Part shown: positions 8,359-18,568 of the stretch, piece after piece
How positions within the stretch are numbered: position 1 is the first letter of the stretch
Layout of the letters: each line of letters opens with the position of its first letter
Source of the DNA: Bacteroidota bacterium
GTDB taxonomy: Bacteria; Bacteroidota; Bacteroidia; Bacteroidales; DYOH01
Direction: 5' to 3'
NCBI GenBank assembly: GCA_020048155.1
Contig: JAIFMY010000056.1
Span: 10,768-74,767, forward strand
Length of the DNA stretch: 64,000 nt
Notes under the pieces: generated by a model
Seen by the model: only the letters and a program-made list of their open reading frames with translations
Database searches by the model: none
Told to the model about the DNA's origin: nothing
Program-made: the position numbers and the translations under genes

Positions 8359-10659
8359 ATGAATAAGCTAAAACACATTCTCAGCATCATTCTAAAATCT
8401 CTTATATATATTATTACATTACTCATTATTATTATACTAATTCCGGCATGTCCGCTTATTGTTTCAAAGCCAGATACTAAAACAATAGCACAACGCATAG
8501 AATCGTTTCCAAGCGGACAATTACCTGTAGAAAAACCTATCACAATATATTGGAATGAGAATCTGGTGCCTTTCATTGAAGCAGAAACCGATGAAGATGG
8601 TGCATTTGCGCTAGGTCTTGTAAATGCACACCTAAGACTAGGGCAAATGGAACTTTTTAGAATGATATATCAGGGCAGAACAGCAGAAATGGCCGGTCCT
8701 TGGCTTGCGGATATTGATGCTGCCCTTCGAACCATTCAATTCGACCGCAATGTAGACGAGATGATTCGCCTTCAGACTGATAAAACACGCCTCTGGGTAG
8801 AAAATTATGTCAGGGGGATTAACTATTATAAAAGTTTAAAATACGATGCCCCTTTTGAAGACGAATTTTTGAATCTTGATACTTCTGCATGGACAGTGCA
8901 CGATGTATACGGGGTAGCTCGCTTGCTCTCTGCCGATTTGACATGGGGTGTATATGCACAATTCCTTAGTATATCCAAAGAAAAAGATTGGGAAAAGTTA
9001 TGGGCAGAATATCTGAAATTTGGCCAAAAATCTATCCCCTCATACCCCACCGGTGGGTTTAATGGGATGATGAAACTGATAGATGAAATATCAAAATCTG
9101 GTAGCAATTCGCTTGTAGTTGGCTCACAAAAAACTTCTACCGGGGGTGCACTCATGGCCAATGACCCGCATCTGGGTATTTTTACACCCAATATGTGGAT
9201 TATGGTGGGATACAAAACACCTTCCTATCATCTGGTAGGCTTTCAGATTCCCGGAATACCTTTTGTAGGAGTCGGCAGAAACATGAACATTGCCTGGGGT
9301 GGTACCAATATGCGATCTATTTCTTCACACCTGATTGAGCCTGATTCTGCAGCCCTTTTGGAAGTTGAGATGCGGACTGAACGTATACATACACGCTGGT
9401 GGTTCGACAAGGAAATACAAATACGTACCACCAAATATGGACCTATTATTTCTGATTTAAAAATGTTTGAATCCAACAATCAGATCGTGGCACTTCAGTG
9501 GCTTGGGCACGACTCTTCAAACGAACTGGAATGCTTTTTAGCAGCCAACCGTGCCTCCGACTTCCAACAGTTTAGAGATGCTTTCAAAGAATACAAAGTA
9601 TCAGGACAAGCAATGACATATGCCGATAATAAAGGCAATATTGGCGAAGTTCTTGCCTATGCTCAGCCTTTGCTCACTGATAACAATTCCTATACACAGC
9701 TCATTAAATCATTTGACAATTCAGTTGTAAGTGTGCGGAGTTCCTACCAACTTCCTTTTGCATATAATCCACCTGCTGGTTTCATAGCTTCCGCCAATAA
9801 TATGCCATTTGAAACCGATATTCCAATTGCTTTAGAATATTCGGGATACAACCGCATGAAGCGTATGGCGGATATTTGCACAAACTCCGACTCCATAAGC
9901 ATAGAAACACTTAAAGTGTTGCAAACTGACGTTTGGTCTGACATATCTTTGGTGCTTAGAGACTCTCTTTTGCATGTGGTAAATAACCAAACAACACAGA
10001 TTGAAAAATCTTTTCCTGAAATGTGGAAAGAGTTCACAACTTTCAATGGCGAATTTCACAAAGACTCACGCGCTGCACTTGTATTTTTCATGGTTATGTA
10101 TCAGCTCACTACCGATTTATTGCCCCTGCACTATACCAGCGAAGCATATATAAAACTGATGAAAAATGATAATAATTGGCTCAAAGCAATGGAGGCCATA
10201 ATAAGCAAATCTGATGCAAAAACTTTAGCTGCTCAATTGTATACTGCTTTCAAAAAAGCTCAGAAAGACACTGATAATCATAGAGTATGGGGCGATGTGC
10301 ACCGCCTTGAAATTGGTCCGTTTATCTCCAGAATTCCTGTATTAGGTAAAAAGTTTGTAAAAAACGAAATGCCTGCTAGTGGAACTACAAATACGCTTAT
10401 GAAAACAGCGCATGAGTTTACTAATGAAATAAACAGTACATATTATGGCTCTTGCTCTCGTCACATAAGCGACCTAACAGACCCTGATGCAAATTGGTTC
10501 CTACTTTTAGGAGGTCAGGACGGCGATATTGGTAGTGCAGCAAATGCCGATCAAATTGAACTCTGGGAAAAAGGTGATTATATACAAATGCCCTTGCAAC
10601 TGGAAACTGTACGCAAATTATACAATTTCCATGTTACAAGGTTTATTCCTGCAAATTAA
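8359..10659 (+). CDS. Penicillin/AHL acylase family Ntn-hydrolase (peptidase S45) with an N-terminal membrane anchor
   Basis: 766 aa. The autoprocessing/nucleophile motif GSNSLVVGSQKTSTGGALMANDPHLG is present. The N-terminus has a hydrophobic helix, ILSIILKSLIYIITLLIIIILIP. Confidence 0.8.
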   Translation: MNKLKHILSIILKSLIYIITLLIIIILIPACPLIVSKPDTKTIAQRIESFPSGQLPVEKPITIYWNENLVPFIEAETDEDGAFALGLVNAHLRLGQMELFRMIYQGRTAEMAGPWLADIDAALRTIQFDRNVDEMIRLQTDKTRLWVENYVRGINYYKSLKYDAPFEDEFLNLDTSAWTVHDVYGVARLLSADLTWGVYAQFLSISKEKDWEKLWAEYLKFGQKSIPSYPTGGFNGMMKLIDEISKSGSNSLVVGSQKTSTGGALMANDPHLGIFTPNMWIMVGYKTPSYHLVGFQIPGIPFVGVGRNMNIAWGGTNMRSISSHLIEPDSAALLEVEMRTERIHTRWWFDKEIQIRTTKYGPIISDLKMFESNNQIVALQWLGHDSSNELECFLAANRASDFQQFRDAFKEYKVSGQAMTYADNKGNIGEVLAYAQPLLTDNNSYTQLIKSFDNSVVSVRSSYQLPFAYNPPAGFIASANNMPFETDIPIALEYSGYNRMKRMADICTNSDSISIETLKVLQTDVWSDISLVLRDSLLHVVNNQTTQIEKSFPEMWKEFTTFNGEFHKDSRAALVFFMVMYQLTTDLLPLHYTSEAYIKLMKNDNNWLKAMEAIISKSDAKTLAAQLYTAFKKAQKDTDNHRVWGDVHRLEIGPFISRIPVLGKKFVKNEMPASGTTNTLMKTAHEFTNEINSTYYGSCSRHISDLTDPDANWFLLLGGQDGDIGSAANADQIELWEKGDYIQMPLQLETVRKLYNFHVTRFIPAN

Positions 10660-10724
10660 TAAACTCGTCAGAGGTTTAAATTATCCCTATTTTATCAGAA
10701 CAAATTTTAAAATTTAAGATATAA

Positions 10725-10788
10725 TGGAACACCCATACCTGCCCTTATTGTGAATTCGGTATTTGTGTATGCAGCACATGGGTGTTTC
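10725..10788. terminator. Long interrupted hairpin between convergent genes; possible bidirectional terminator
   Basis: GGAACACCCAT (10725-10735) pairs with ATGGGTGTTTC (about 10778-10788). An inner CTGC/GCAG helix extends it. Confidence 0.35.
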
Positions 10789-10818
10789 AAACAATATAAT
10801 ATATTATCTTCTTAAATA

Positions 10819-12147
10819 TCAGAGTAAATCACTCGCTAAATCGGCCAATGCACTGCGCTCGCCTTTCATCAGGTTTACATGTGAAAATATGCTTTGTCCC
10901 TTCATTTTATCGGTAAGGTAACTAAGTCCATTGGATTTGGTATCCAGATACGGGCTATCTATTTGGTAAATGTCGCCAGTGAAAACAAATTTGGTGCCTT
11001 CTCCTGCTCGAGTGATGATGGTTTTAATCTCATGTGGGGTCAGGTTCTGGGCTTCGTCTACTATAAAGAAAATATTAGACAAACTGCGCCCCCGTATGTA
11101 AGCCAAAGGCGAAATTACAAGCTTTTCTTCTTTCAGCAGTTCATCGAGCTTATGAAACTCTTTGCTTTGTGGACCGAAACGGTGCTTTATTACATTCAGG
11201 TTGTCGAAAAGCGGTTGCATGTATGGTCCTACTTTCTCGCTAGCATCGCCGGGCAAATAGCCCAAATCCTTGTTTCCCAAAGCCACTATGGGGCGTGCAA
11301 GAAATATTTGATCGTAATCACGCCTTTGTTCTATGGCGGCAGCCAATGACAAAAGGGTTTTCCCGGTTCCAGCTTTTCCGGTAATGGAAACTAGCTGAAT
11401 ATTTGGGTTTAGCAGGGCATTGAGGGCAAAAGTCTGTTCTGCGTTACGTGGTGTGATACCATAAGCCGTTTGTTTTTCAACTCGCTCAATCTTTCCGCTA
11501 AGCGGATTGTTGTATGCCAAAGCACTGGCATTGTTTCCTTTCATGATGAAGTATTGGTTGGACTCAAGTTTGAATTCCAACTCAAGGTCCTCGGGACGTA
11601 CATTGCTGGTTTCCTGATAAAGTTGGTTTATGATGCCATCATCTATGCTATCGAAAGTTCTGAAACCCTTGTACAAATTTTCCACGTTGCGCACCTGTCC
11701 GGTTTTCAGGTCCTGAGCAACTATACCCAACGATTTGGCCTTCATGCGCAGATTTATATCTTGTGTAACCAGTATAACCGGACGGTCGCGGTATTTATAC
11801 CTCAGATAGTCAGTAATGGCCAATATTCGGTGATCGGGAGTATCTTCGGAAAACGATTTTTCCATTTCATTTGAGAAAGCTTTCCCGGTTTCTATGAATA
11901 ATAATCCTTTGCCCTCACCCAAAGATATGCCTTCCGCAAACAAAGCTTCTCCTGCTATTTTGTCGAGCTCACGCATAAACTCTCGCGCATGAAAATTGAT
12001 ATCGTCGTTGCCTTTTTTAAATTTATCCAACTCTTCGAGCACTACAATCGGAAGAACAACATCATTCTCTTCAAATGCGTGTATCGACTTGTAATCGTGC
12101 AATATGATATTGGTATCTAAAACAAAAACCTTCTTGTTATGTTCCAT
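10819..12147 (-). CDS. PhoH-family ATPase with N-terminal PIN domain (PhoH2/YlaK type)
   Basis: 442 aa. The PIN-like N-terminus is VFVLDTNIILHD. Walker A is GKAGTGKTLL. The C-terminal PhoH region includes FIVDEAQNLTPHE. Confidence 0.85.
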   Translation of the reverse strand: MEHNKKVFVLDTNIILHDYKSIHAFEENDVVLPIVVLEELDKFKKGNDDINFHAREFMRELDKIAGEALFAEGISLGEGKGLLFIETGKAFSNEMEKSFSEDTPDHRILAITDYLRYKYRDRPVILVTQDINLRMKAKSLGIVAQDLKTGQVRNVENLYKGFRTFDSIDDGIINQLYQETSNVRPEDLELEFKLESNQYFIMKGNNASALAYNNPLSGKIERVEKQTAYGITPRNAEQTFALNALLNPNIQLVSITGKAGTGKTLLSLAAAIEQRRDYDQIFLARPIVALGNKDLGYLPGDASEKVGPYMQPLFDNLNVIKHRFGPQSKEFHKLDELLKEEKLVISPLAYIRGRSLSNIFFIVDEAQNLTPHEIKTIITRAGEGTKFVFTGDIYQIDSPYLDTKSNGLSYLTDKMKGQSIFSHVNLMKGERSALADLASDLL

Positions 12148-12233
12148 ACATCGGAAATATTTTGATTTTACATACTAAATTTACTCATTTCTCAATTAAA
12201 AAACATGCATTTTTGGTATATTTATTTAGTAAG

Positions 12234-13550
12234 ATGAATTATATAGAAACAGTTCAATATCTATTTAACCAATTGCCCATGTTTCAGCGCATTGGGGCTG
12301 CAGCATATAAAGCCGGGCTTGACAATACAATGGCGATGGATTTGTATTTTGATCATCCTCATCGCAAGTTCAAAACCATACACGTAGCCGGAACCAACGG
12401 AAAAGGCTCAACTTCACATTCATTGGCTGCAGTGCTACAAAAAGCAGGATACAAAACCGGTTTGTACACTTCACCTCATTTGCTCGATTTCAGGGAACGA
12501 ATTCGTGTAAACGGCCAAATGATAAGCGAACAGTTTGTAATTAATTTCGTTGATTTGCACAAATCATTCTTTGAAAAACTGCAACCTTCATTTTTTGAAC
12601 TTACGGTAGCTCTGGCATTCGAGTATTTTGCGCACGAGCAGGTAGATGTGGCTGTGATAGAGGTCGGCATGGGTGGTCGCCTAGATAGTACCAATATCAT
12701 ATCCCCACTTGTTTCGGTCATTACTAATATCAGCCTCGATCATACCCAGTTCTTGGGTGAAAGCCTAGCCAAAATAGCTGCTGAAAAAGGGGGGATAATA
12801 AAAGAAAATATTCCTGTGGTAATTGGTCAAAGACACCCCGAAACCATCCCGGTTTTTAATCTCATTGCTGAAAACCTAGATGCTCCATTGATCCAGGCTG
12901 AAGATATTTATACCTGCAACACAAGCACCATGTTGCCAAACGGGAAACAGCAATTTTATATTGAAAAAAATGCTGAGCCCGCATACCCGGGGCTTGCCTC
13001 TGACCTTGCCGGCATGGTACAACGCATGAATATTTGTACCATACTAACCACACTCGACATGCTCATAAACAAAGGACTAGAAATCACCGAAGAAGCAATT
13101 CTGACTGGCATATCTGAGACAGCAAAGCTCACTGGCTTACGTGGCAGGTGGGAGATGATACATGCCAATCCTAAGATAATCTGCGATACAGGGCACAACC
13201 AAGATGGAATAAGTCATACCATGCAACAGCTCAAGCATACACCCTACCGCAAGTTACATATGGTATTTGGTATGGTATCCGATAAAAGTCCACATGCAGT
13301 ATTGCAATTACTTCCTACCGATGCTATATATTACCTAACACGTGCTTCTATACCACGAGCCATGCCGGTAGACGAGCTCGAAAAATGTGCATCTGCTTAC
13401 CTACCCAACAGACATTTGTACCTCACGGTAAAAGATGCACTGCAAGCAGCCATGCAAGAAGCCCAGCCTAATGATGTGATTTTTGTAGGTGGAAGCACCT
13501 TTGTGGTGGCCGATGCCCTTGAATACTGGGAAAATGCTAAAATTAAATGA
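12234..13550 (+). CDS. folC: Folylpolyglutamate synthase / dihydrofolate synthase
   Basis: HVAGTNGKGST P-loop, then GLYTSPHL, then VIEVGMGGRLDSTN. I prefer the start at Met 12234 (MNYIETVQYLF); the track ORF from 12162 adds an unlikely leader. Confidence 0.9.
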   Translation: MNYIETVQYLFNQLPMFQRIGAAAYKAGLDNTMAMDLYFDHPHRKFKTIHVAGTNGKGSTSHSLAAVLQKAGYKTGLYTSPHLLDFRERIRVNGQMISEQFVINFVDLHKSFFEKLQPSFFELTVALAFEYFAHEQVDVAVIEVGMGGRLDSTNIISPLVSVITNISLDHTQFLGESLAKIAAEKGGIIKENIPVVIGQRHPETIPVFNLIAENLDAPLIQAEDIYTCNTSTMLPNGKQQFYIEKNAEPAYPGLASDLAGMVQRMNICTILTTLDMLINKGLEITEEAILTGISETAKLTGLRGRWEMIHANPKIICDTGHNQDGISHTMQQLKHTPYRKLHMVFGMVSDKSPHAVLQLLPTDAIYYLTRASIPRAMPVDELEKCASAYLPNRHLYLTVKDALQAAMQEAQPNDVIFVGGSTFVVADALEYWENAKIK

Positions 13551-13609
13551 TTGAATTTCAATACAAAGAAAAATTCTTGTATTTTTTTTAGAAAAAAGTG
13601 TGAAAATAA

Positions 13610-13640
13610 TTTGCTGAAGTTATTTTCCTGCTTATCTTCG
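13610..13640 (+). promoter_or_regulatory. Candidate promoter for tRNA-Val
   Basis: TTTG at 13610-13613 and TATCTTCG at 13633-13640, which matches TAnnTT-G imperfectly. Spacing is 19 nt. The site lies about 40 nt upstream of the tRNA. Confidence 0.3.
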
Positions 13641-13679
13641 CATCGCTTTTCAAAGGAACAGCAAAACAAAAAACAGATT

Positions 13680-13754
13680 GGGAGTTTAGCTCAGCCGGTT
13701 CAGAGCATCTGCCTTACAAGCAGAGGGTCGGGGGTTCGAATCCCTCAACTCCCA
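13680..13754 (+). tRNA. tRNA-Val (anticodon TAC)
   Basis: Hand-folded cloverleaf. Acceptor GGGAGTT/AACTCCC, D stem GCTC/GAGC, anticodon stem TCTGC/GCAGA with loop CTTACAA, T arm GGGGG-TTCGAAT-CCCTC. CCA is not encoded. Confidence 0.9.
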
Positions 13755-13768
13755 CACATAAAACATCA

Positions 13769-13794
13769 AGCTTCGCACATGCGAGGCTTTTTTG
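13769..13794 (+). terminator. Terminator after tRNA-Val
   Basis: AGCTTCGCA pairs with TGCGAGGCT and is followed by TTTTTTG. Confidence 0.55.
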
Positions 13795-13999
13795 TTTATA
13801 GGGTCTTCCGTGTATGGTGTTTAGTGAATCAATATTAGAAGAATTAACCGTCGCAATTGCCATTTCAACAAAGTTCGTAGACCACCATATTCAAATTCCG
13901 GATAGTAATAAAGCATATTCGAACGATTCACTTACCAAGCCCTGTACAAATGCGACAAGTAATAAATGGTTTTAAATAAATCTCGAACTGAAATACTTT

Positions 14000-15748
14000 C
14001 TAATTTATTAGATGACTTTCAGGTGAATTGACTAGCTGCGGTAAACTTATAGAATACGTAATTTTAATATTATTATTCATCTGCAATGTTTTCCAGACAT
14101 CTGGGTCTTGTGTGCCTAGCTTGTTAATTGCCCCACTCCAAACAGATATTTTTTCTGACTGATTTTTACCATCGTAGTCCATCAGCATTATATTCACTTC
14201 CTGCGTGTTGTCGGTAAAATACAGACGTACTTCGCCAGGCTTGTCATATGCCCGCACATTGCGCATAAGGGGCGAACGATAATATACTCCATTGAACTGA
14301 GGGTACAATACTTGCCAAAACATATCTGCAGTACCTTTTTGACCTGCCAGATTGAAATCTACCTTCAACGTACTTGTAGACTCGAAAGACAGTACTTTGA
14401 GGGTTTGCATGTAAATGGGTGGTATATCGATTTCAAATTGAATTTCGGCCCATATAAATGGCAGTGATTTATTTATAAGTACTTTTTCGATATTCGCCCG
14501 ACGGGTCTCTTCTATAGCTCGGTTAAACTCTTGTTGGTATATGAATAGTTTAAATTTCTGCCGGCCGGCAGGTACATTTCTAAATAACATTTTTGGAAGT
14601 GTAATAGCTGTCTTATGTATAGGGGCAATTCGTTTTCGTCCGAGTTCAGTAAAATATAAGAAACCATGTTGGGTAAACATTTCACCCAGAAATAACTTAT
14701 TGAACTGATAATCTGCTACAAGAAGCCTGTCGTTGTAATACAATTTATAGTTAAAATAACCTGCATTTATTAGTTTTCGGTACAAAGAGTCAGTTTTTGA
14801 GTCGGAACCTGCTTTATCATTTACAGAGAATTTTATTTCAACAAGTTCCGGTTTGTCTTCTATACTGAGGTCAATTACTTCGGGGTCAAACATCTCAGAG
14901 CTTCGGTATATATCATACTGGCGAGCAAGCTTGGCGGTAGCTCCCGTATGTATATGTTTCATTTTCAATACTTGTCCGTCAATACTGAGTTCAAATTTGT
15001 CTACAATTTTATCGTTCCAAAACAACAAATAGTCACTATTGGGCTGTTTTCCGGGCAAAAGAGTGAAATACTTGTACATATGATGTCCAACTACTGTGCC
15101 ATCAATGTTTAATTGCATGGTAGCATCGAAGCCACAATTTTGACATACAGGTGTATAGGTGCCTGCAAGAAATATTCTATTGACCGCCAATTGCACATTT
15201 TGCACAGTAAGTATATCACCTTGCATCAGGTTGCGTATTTTAAAAAAACGTGTGCTTTCTATCAGTTGTCCTTGTGGGTTGTATTTGTTGAGTACCAAAA
15301 AAGTATCGCGTTGCGCTATTTTATACAAAATGAGCCATTTACCATCGTAACTTATTGTTTGCATGGTTGGCAAAAACGTATAGCCGTTTTTGTGAAAAGT
15401 AAGATTGGCAGTATCTACTTTATTAAACTCGCTTCCCAACAATATTTGTACAGTATCCGCGAGCAATTTTTCGGGAATTATAATGGTTGAAATGCTGCTT
15501 TCAGCAGCGGAAACGAGCGAAGGCAGACCTTTTTCGTGCAATTTTTGTAAATAGTTAACAGAAACCCAAGCACCATCTATAAATGGCTGAAGCAAAGAAC
15601 GGTTTTCGTTTGCACTCAATGTATTTTTTATGACTACGTATTCTTCAGATTTCTCAGTGCCTGATTTTTTGAAACAAGCAGTTATACTAATCAATAGCAA
15701 GATTATAAAACTAAAGTTGCATAAATACTTATTTGCTTTGCAATACAT
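14000..15748 (-). CDS. Hypothetical lipoprotein with no recognisable domain
   Basis: 582-aa ORF with a lipobox-like N-terminus (LLLISITAC). I recognise no catalytic motifs. Confidence 0.6.
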   Translation of the reverse strand: MYCKANKYLCNFSFIILLLISITACFKKSGTEKSEEYVVIKNTLSANENRSLLQPFIDGAWVSVNYLQKLHEKGLPSLVSAAESSISTIIIPEKLLADTVQILLGSEFNKVDTANLTFHKNGYTFLPTMQTISYDGKWLILYKIAQRDTFLVLNKYNPQGQLIESTRFFKIRNLMQGDILTVQNVQLAVNRIFLAGTYTPVCQNCGFDATMQLNIDGTVVGHHMYKYFTLLPGKQPNSDYLLFWNDKIVDKFELSIDGQVLKMKHIHTGATAKLARQYDIYRSSEMFDPEVIDLSIEDKPELVEIKFSVNDKAGSDSKTDSLYRKLINAGYFNYKLYYNDRLLVADYQFNKLFLGEMFTQHGFLYFTELGRKRIAPIHKTAITLPKMLFRNVPAGRQKFKLFIYQQEFNRAIEETRRANIEKVLINKSLPFIWAEIQFEIDIPPIYMQTLKVLSFESTSTLKVDFNLAGQKGTADMFWQVLYPQFNGVYYRSPLMRNVRAYDKPGEVRLYFTDNTQEVNIMLMDYDGKNQSEKISVWSGAINKLGTQDPDVWKTLQMNNNIKITYSISLPQLVNSPESHLIN

Positions 15749-15853
15749 GGCAGTATGAGATTAATTTCAGTAATTTTTATCATTAGTAAATGTAAATAAA
15801 AACGGGTTAGAAAGCATATTTCCAACCCAACGATAAAGGAATTATCTCAATTA

Positions 15854-18478
15854 TTATTTAATATTGTCAAACCAGTTGTCTTCGCGTTTAAACTCAAGAC
15901 CTTCAAAAATAGATGAACGAATATTTATGCGGAAGAAATAGCTCTTTCTCAAACCAAATGGTACAACCTGAAACTGCAATTCCCAGCAATGCAAATCGCG
16001 GGATAGGTTTATGCTTGTGGTCGTAAATTTCTTAGCCATAAAATCATATCCTGAAGTTGCTGAAATTTTCCATTTAGGAGTAATAGATACATTACCTGAA
16101 AAACGCATACTTTGGGTAATTGTGGTCTTGAATTCCTTTTTTGTGACATCCCATGATGTTTTATTTATATTCAGCATATAATCGCCACGCACACTCCACG
16201 GAATTTTGTATTTGATGTATCCATACTCATCATACATACCACCAGAACTGCCATCCGATGATTTACTCCCTTTATCATCTTTGCTCTGCCCCAGTTTGTT
16301 AAAAAAATCGGATCCTATACCTCCTCCTACCGACCAATTTGCATTGGCAAATCTTGCTAAACGTCCATTAGTATTCAGTTCATAGGCATTGTAGCTTCGC
16401 CCCAAGGAATCGGTGGCGTAAGGTGCAAAGGTGGCACTCATATTCAATGTAATCATTTCAAAAAGAGTAGTTCCCCCATTCATTGATATTGGCGCCAAAT
16501 TCATGGAATCTGCTGCCAGATTGTACGATGTGGTCAGTCCAAACCTTTCAAGAATGATGATTTTACGAAGTCCAGTGGTATCTTTATTAGATTTCACCTT
16601 CATTTCCAGATTGTTTCCAAGCGAAAATCCTATAGAACCACTTCTGCCGCGCGGCGCTGAGCCATACAAGGCCCCATCGAAATAGCTGTATATACTACCC
16701 ACTGTATCGGTATTACTCAGGTAATATTTATCGTAATAATTATATCTGGGATCGCTGAAATCTGGTGTATAACTAAATGAAACAGAAGGTGTAACTACAT
16801 GCCTGATAGCTTGTACTTTACTGTCTTTTTTGAACGTAAACATCCCATATAGTTTGGTAGAAAATGGAACCCCAAATGAAAAATCATACACATGGCGCAA
16901 ACCTGAAATGGTATCAGTTACTACCCTGCCATATTCATAGGTAGAATCTTCAGGATTAAAAAACATTTCATCTACAAAAGCCTTTCGGATTGAGTTGCCA
17001 TAAAAGCGACCATTGTAATTGAAATAGGGTTGTACGGTTACGTATTTAAACAAATTGAAAGAAGTGCTAATGGGGATATTGTGTTGCAAACCATATCTAA
17101 ATTTTTTTTTGGCTTCAGAAGTAAAAAGTAGTGTATCTAATGTACTTATAGAATTGGCAAAATTAGCATTGTACGATATACCTATTTTTTCCCACCAAGT
17201 ACCTTTCGGAACGCTCACAAAGCGTGTGAGTGGAGTTTGTCGCGCCATACTAAAAGTAAGCAAAGGTAAACTCAAATCTACTTGGCTGGTGCTTGTGTTT
17301 TGAGAACCTTTGATATTAGCCGAAATTGTGAAAGGAGAGCTAGGCCAGCGTTTGGTGTAGTTTATAGTAGACGACTTTGTATTTGTCAAAAAATCGCCCA
17401 CATTGTTTTCGTTGTATTTGTTGTATGAGCTGGTGCTGAAATTTACAGATGCGGTAAAACTGCTATTTGGGCTGGCTTTAGGGTCTTGCATGTGATTCCA
17501 AACTACCCGAAAATCCTTTGTCGAGTTATATCCTGGAAGTTCTTTTTCACCAATTACGTTCTGATTGAAATTTGCACTAAAGGAACCATTGAATAAATAC
17601 CGAACTTTGTACCTTGAATTAACTTTTATACTCCAGCTACCATAGGTATATATATCTGCAGCCAATGCCAAATCCCAATAATCACTCATAGCAAAATAAA
17701 AGCCCAAATCGCGGAAATAGAATCCGCGCAAGCCCTGTTCACCGTATCCGGGTATCATAATTCCACTGGCGCGCTTGGCTCTGCTCGGAAAATATCCAAA
17801 TGGTAAAGCTATAGGTGTAGGTATGCCTTCAATTACAAAATACAACGGGCCGGCTATTATTTTATCGTTGTTTACAATTTTTGCTTTGGTGAGGCTTACA
17901 TAATAGTGTGGTTTATCAGCATCGCAGGTAGTATATTTACCATTGAGTATATGTATTTCTTTGTTGTCATGCATTTTTGTGCGCTCGGCTAGCAAATATC
18001 CATCGGCCTGCTGGGTTTTCACGCCTTTTACTACACCTTTGCGGGTTCGGTAGTTATATTGCATTTCTTCAGCGTTGAAAGTTTCATCCCCATCTTTGAA
18101 TACAGGTTTTTCCTTCATATTGCCATCTTTGTCGCGCTCACCTGTAGCATATACCAACTCACGGTCAAAATCTACAGCAATAAATTTAGCTTGCAATTCA
18201 ATTTTTTCGGTGTTCATTTTGGCATTTCCATACAAATACGCTTTTCGGGTATTCATGTCAAACACTGCAGAATCCACAGATGAGTATTCAATGGGTTCGT
18301 TAAATGCCTCAGATTTTGTAGTATCTGCAACACTTGTTGTATCTTTGGGCATCAGCTCATTCTCTTGCACTTGAGCTTTTGTAGTACTGGTATTCAAAGC
18401 CAATACTAATAAAAGAGCAATACAAAATACTGATTTCCTGAATGTTGAAATTTTATTAAAAACCACTTTTGTTATCAT
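15854..18478 (-). CDS. Large outer-membrane beta-barrel, Bacteroidetes LptD-like (OstA-like N-terminus)
   Basis: 874 aa with a signal peptide. The sequence is rich in alternating aromatic/Gly/Ser/Asn beta-strand patterns and ends in an aromatic-rich C-terminus. It is divergently paired with the amidase/mlaD genes, as in many Bacteroidetes. Confidence 0.65.
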   Translation of the reverse strand: MITKVVFNKISTFRKSVFCIALLLVLALNTSTTKAQVQENELMPKDTTSVADTTKSEAFNEPIEYSSVDSAVFDMNTRKAYLYGNAKMNTEKIELQAKFIAVDFDRELVYATGERDKDGNMKEKPVFKDGDETFNAEEMQYNYRTRKGVVKGVKTQQADGYLLAERTKMHDNKEIHILNGKYTTCDADKPHYYVSLTKAKIVNNDKIIAGPLYFVIEGIPTPIALPFGYFPSRAKRASGIMIPGYGEQGLRGFYFRDLGFYFAMSDYWDLALAADIYTYGSWSIKVNSRYKVRYLFNGSFSANFNQNVIGEKELPGYNSTKDFRVVWNHMQDPKASPNSSFTASVNFSTSSYNKYNENNVGDFLTNTKSSTINYTKRWPSSPFTISANIKGSQNTSTSQVDLSLPLLTFSMARQTPLTRFVSVPKGTWWEKIGISYNANFANSISTLDTLLFTSEAKKKFRYGLQHNIPISTSFNLFKYVTVQPYFNYNGRFYGNSIRKAFVDEMFFNPEDSTYEYGRVVTDTISGLRHVYDFSFGVPFSTKLYGMFTFKKDSKVQAIRHVVTPSVSFSYTPDFSDPRYNYYDKYYLSNTDTVGSIYSYFDGALYGSAPRGRSGSIGFSLGNNLEMKVKSNKDTTGLRKIIILERFGLTTSYNLAADSMNLAPISMNGGTTLFEMITLNMSATFAPYATDSLGRSYNAYELNTNGRLARFANANWSVGGGIGSDFFNKLGQSKDDKGSKSSDGSSGGMYDEYGYIKYKIPWSVRGDYMLNINKTSWDVTKKEFKTTITQSMRFSGNVSITPKWKISATSGYDFMAKKFTTTSINLSRDLHCWELQFQVVPFGLRKSYFFRINIRSSIFEGLEFKREDNWFDNIK

Positions 18479-18568
18479 ATTATAATTGTGCCAAAACTAC
18501 CAAATTTTTATCAAAACTATAACGAAAAGGCATAATGTATGATATATTCGAATCGTTAAATTTGCCAA

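Noticed and set aside
10819-12147. PIN-domain protein as a toxin of a toxin-antitoxin pair
   Set aside because: The PIN domain is fused to a PhoH ATPase (the conserved PhoH2/YlaK architecture). No small antitoxin ORF is adjacent.
12162-12233. Upstream extension of folC
   Set aside because: It would place the start 14 nt from the divergent phoH-like start codon and leave no promoter space. The conserved FolC N-terminus begins at MNYIETVQYLF.
13551-13838. 95-aa ORF spanning the tRNA-Val gene
   Set aside because: It runs through a well-folding tRNA and its terminator, so it is a spurious frame.
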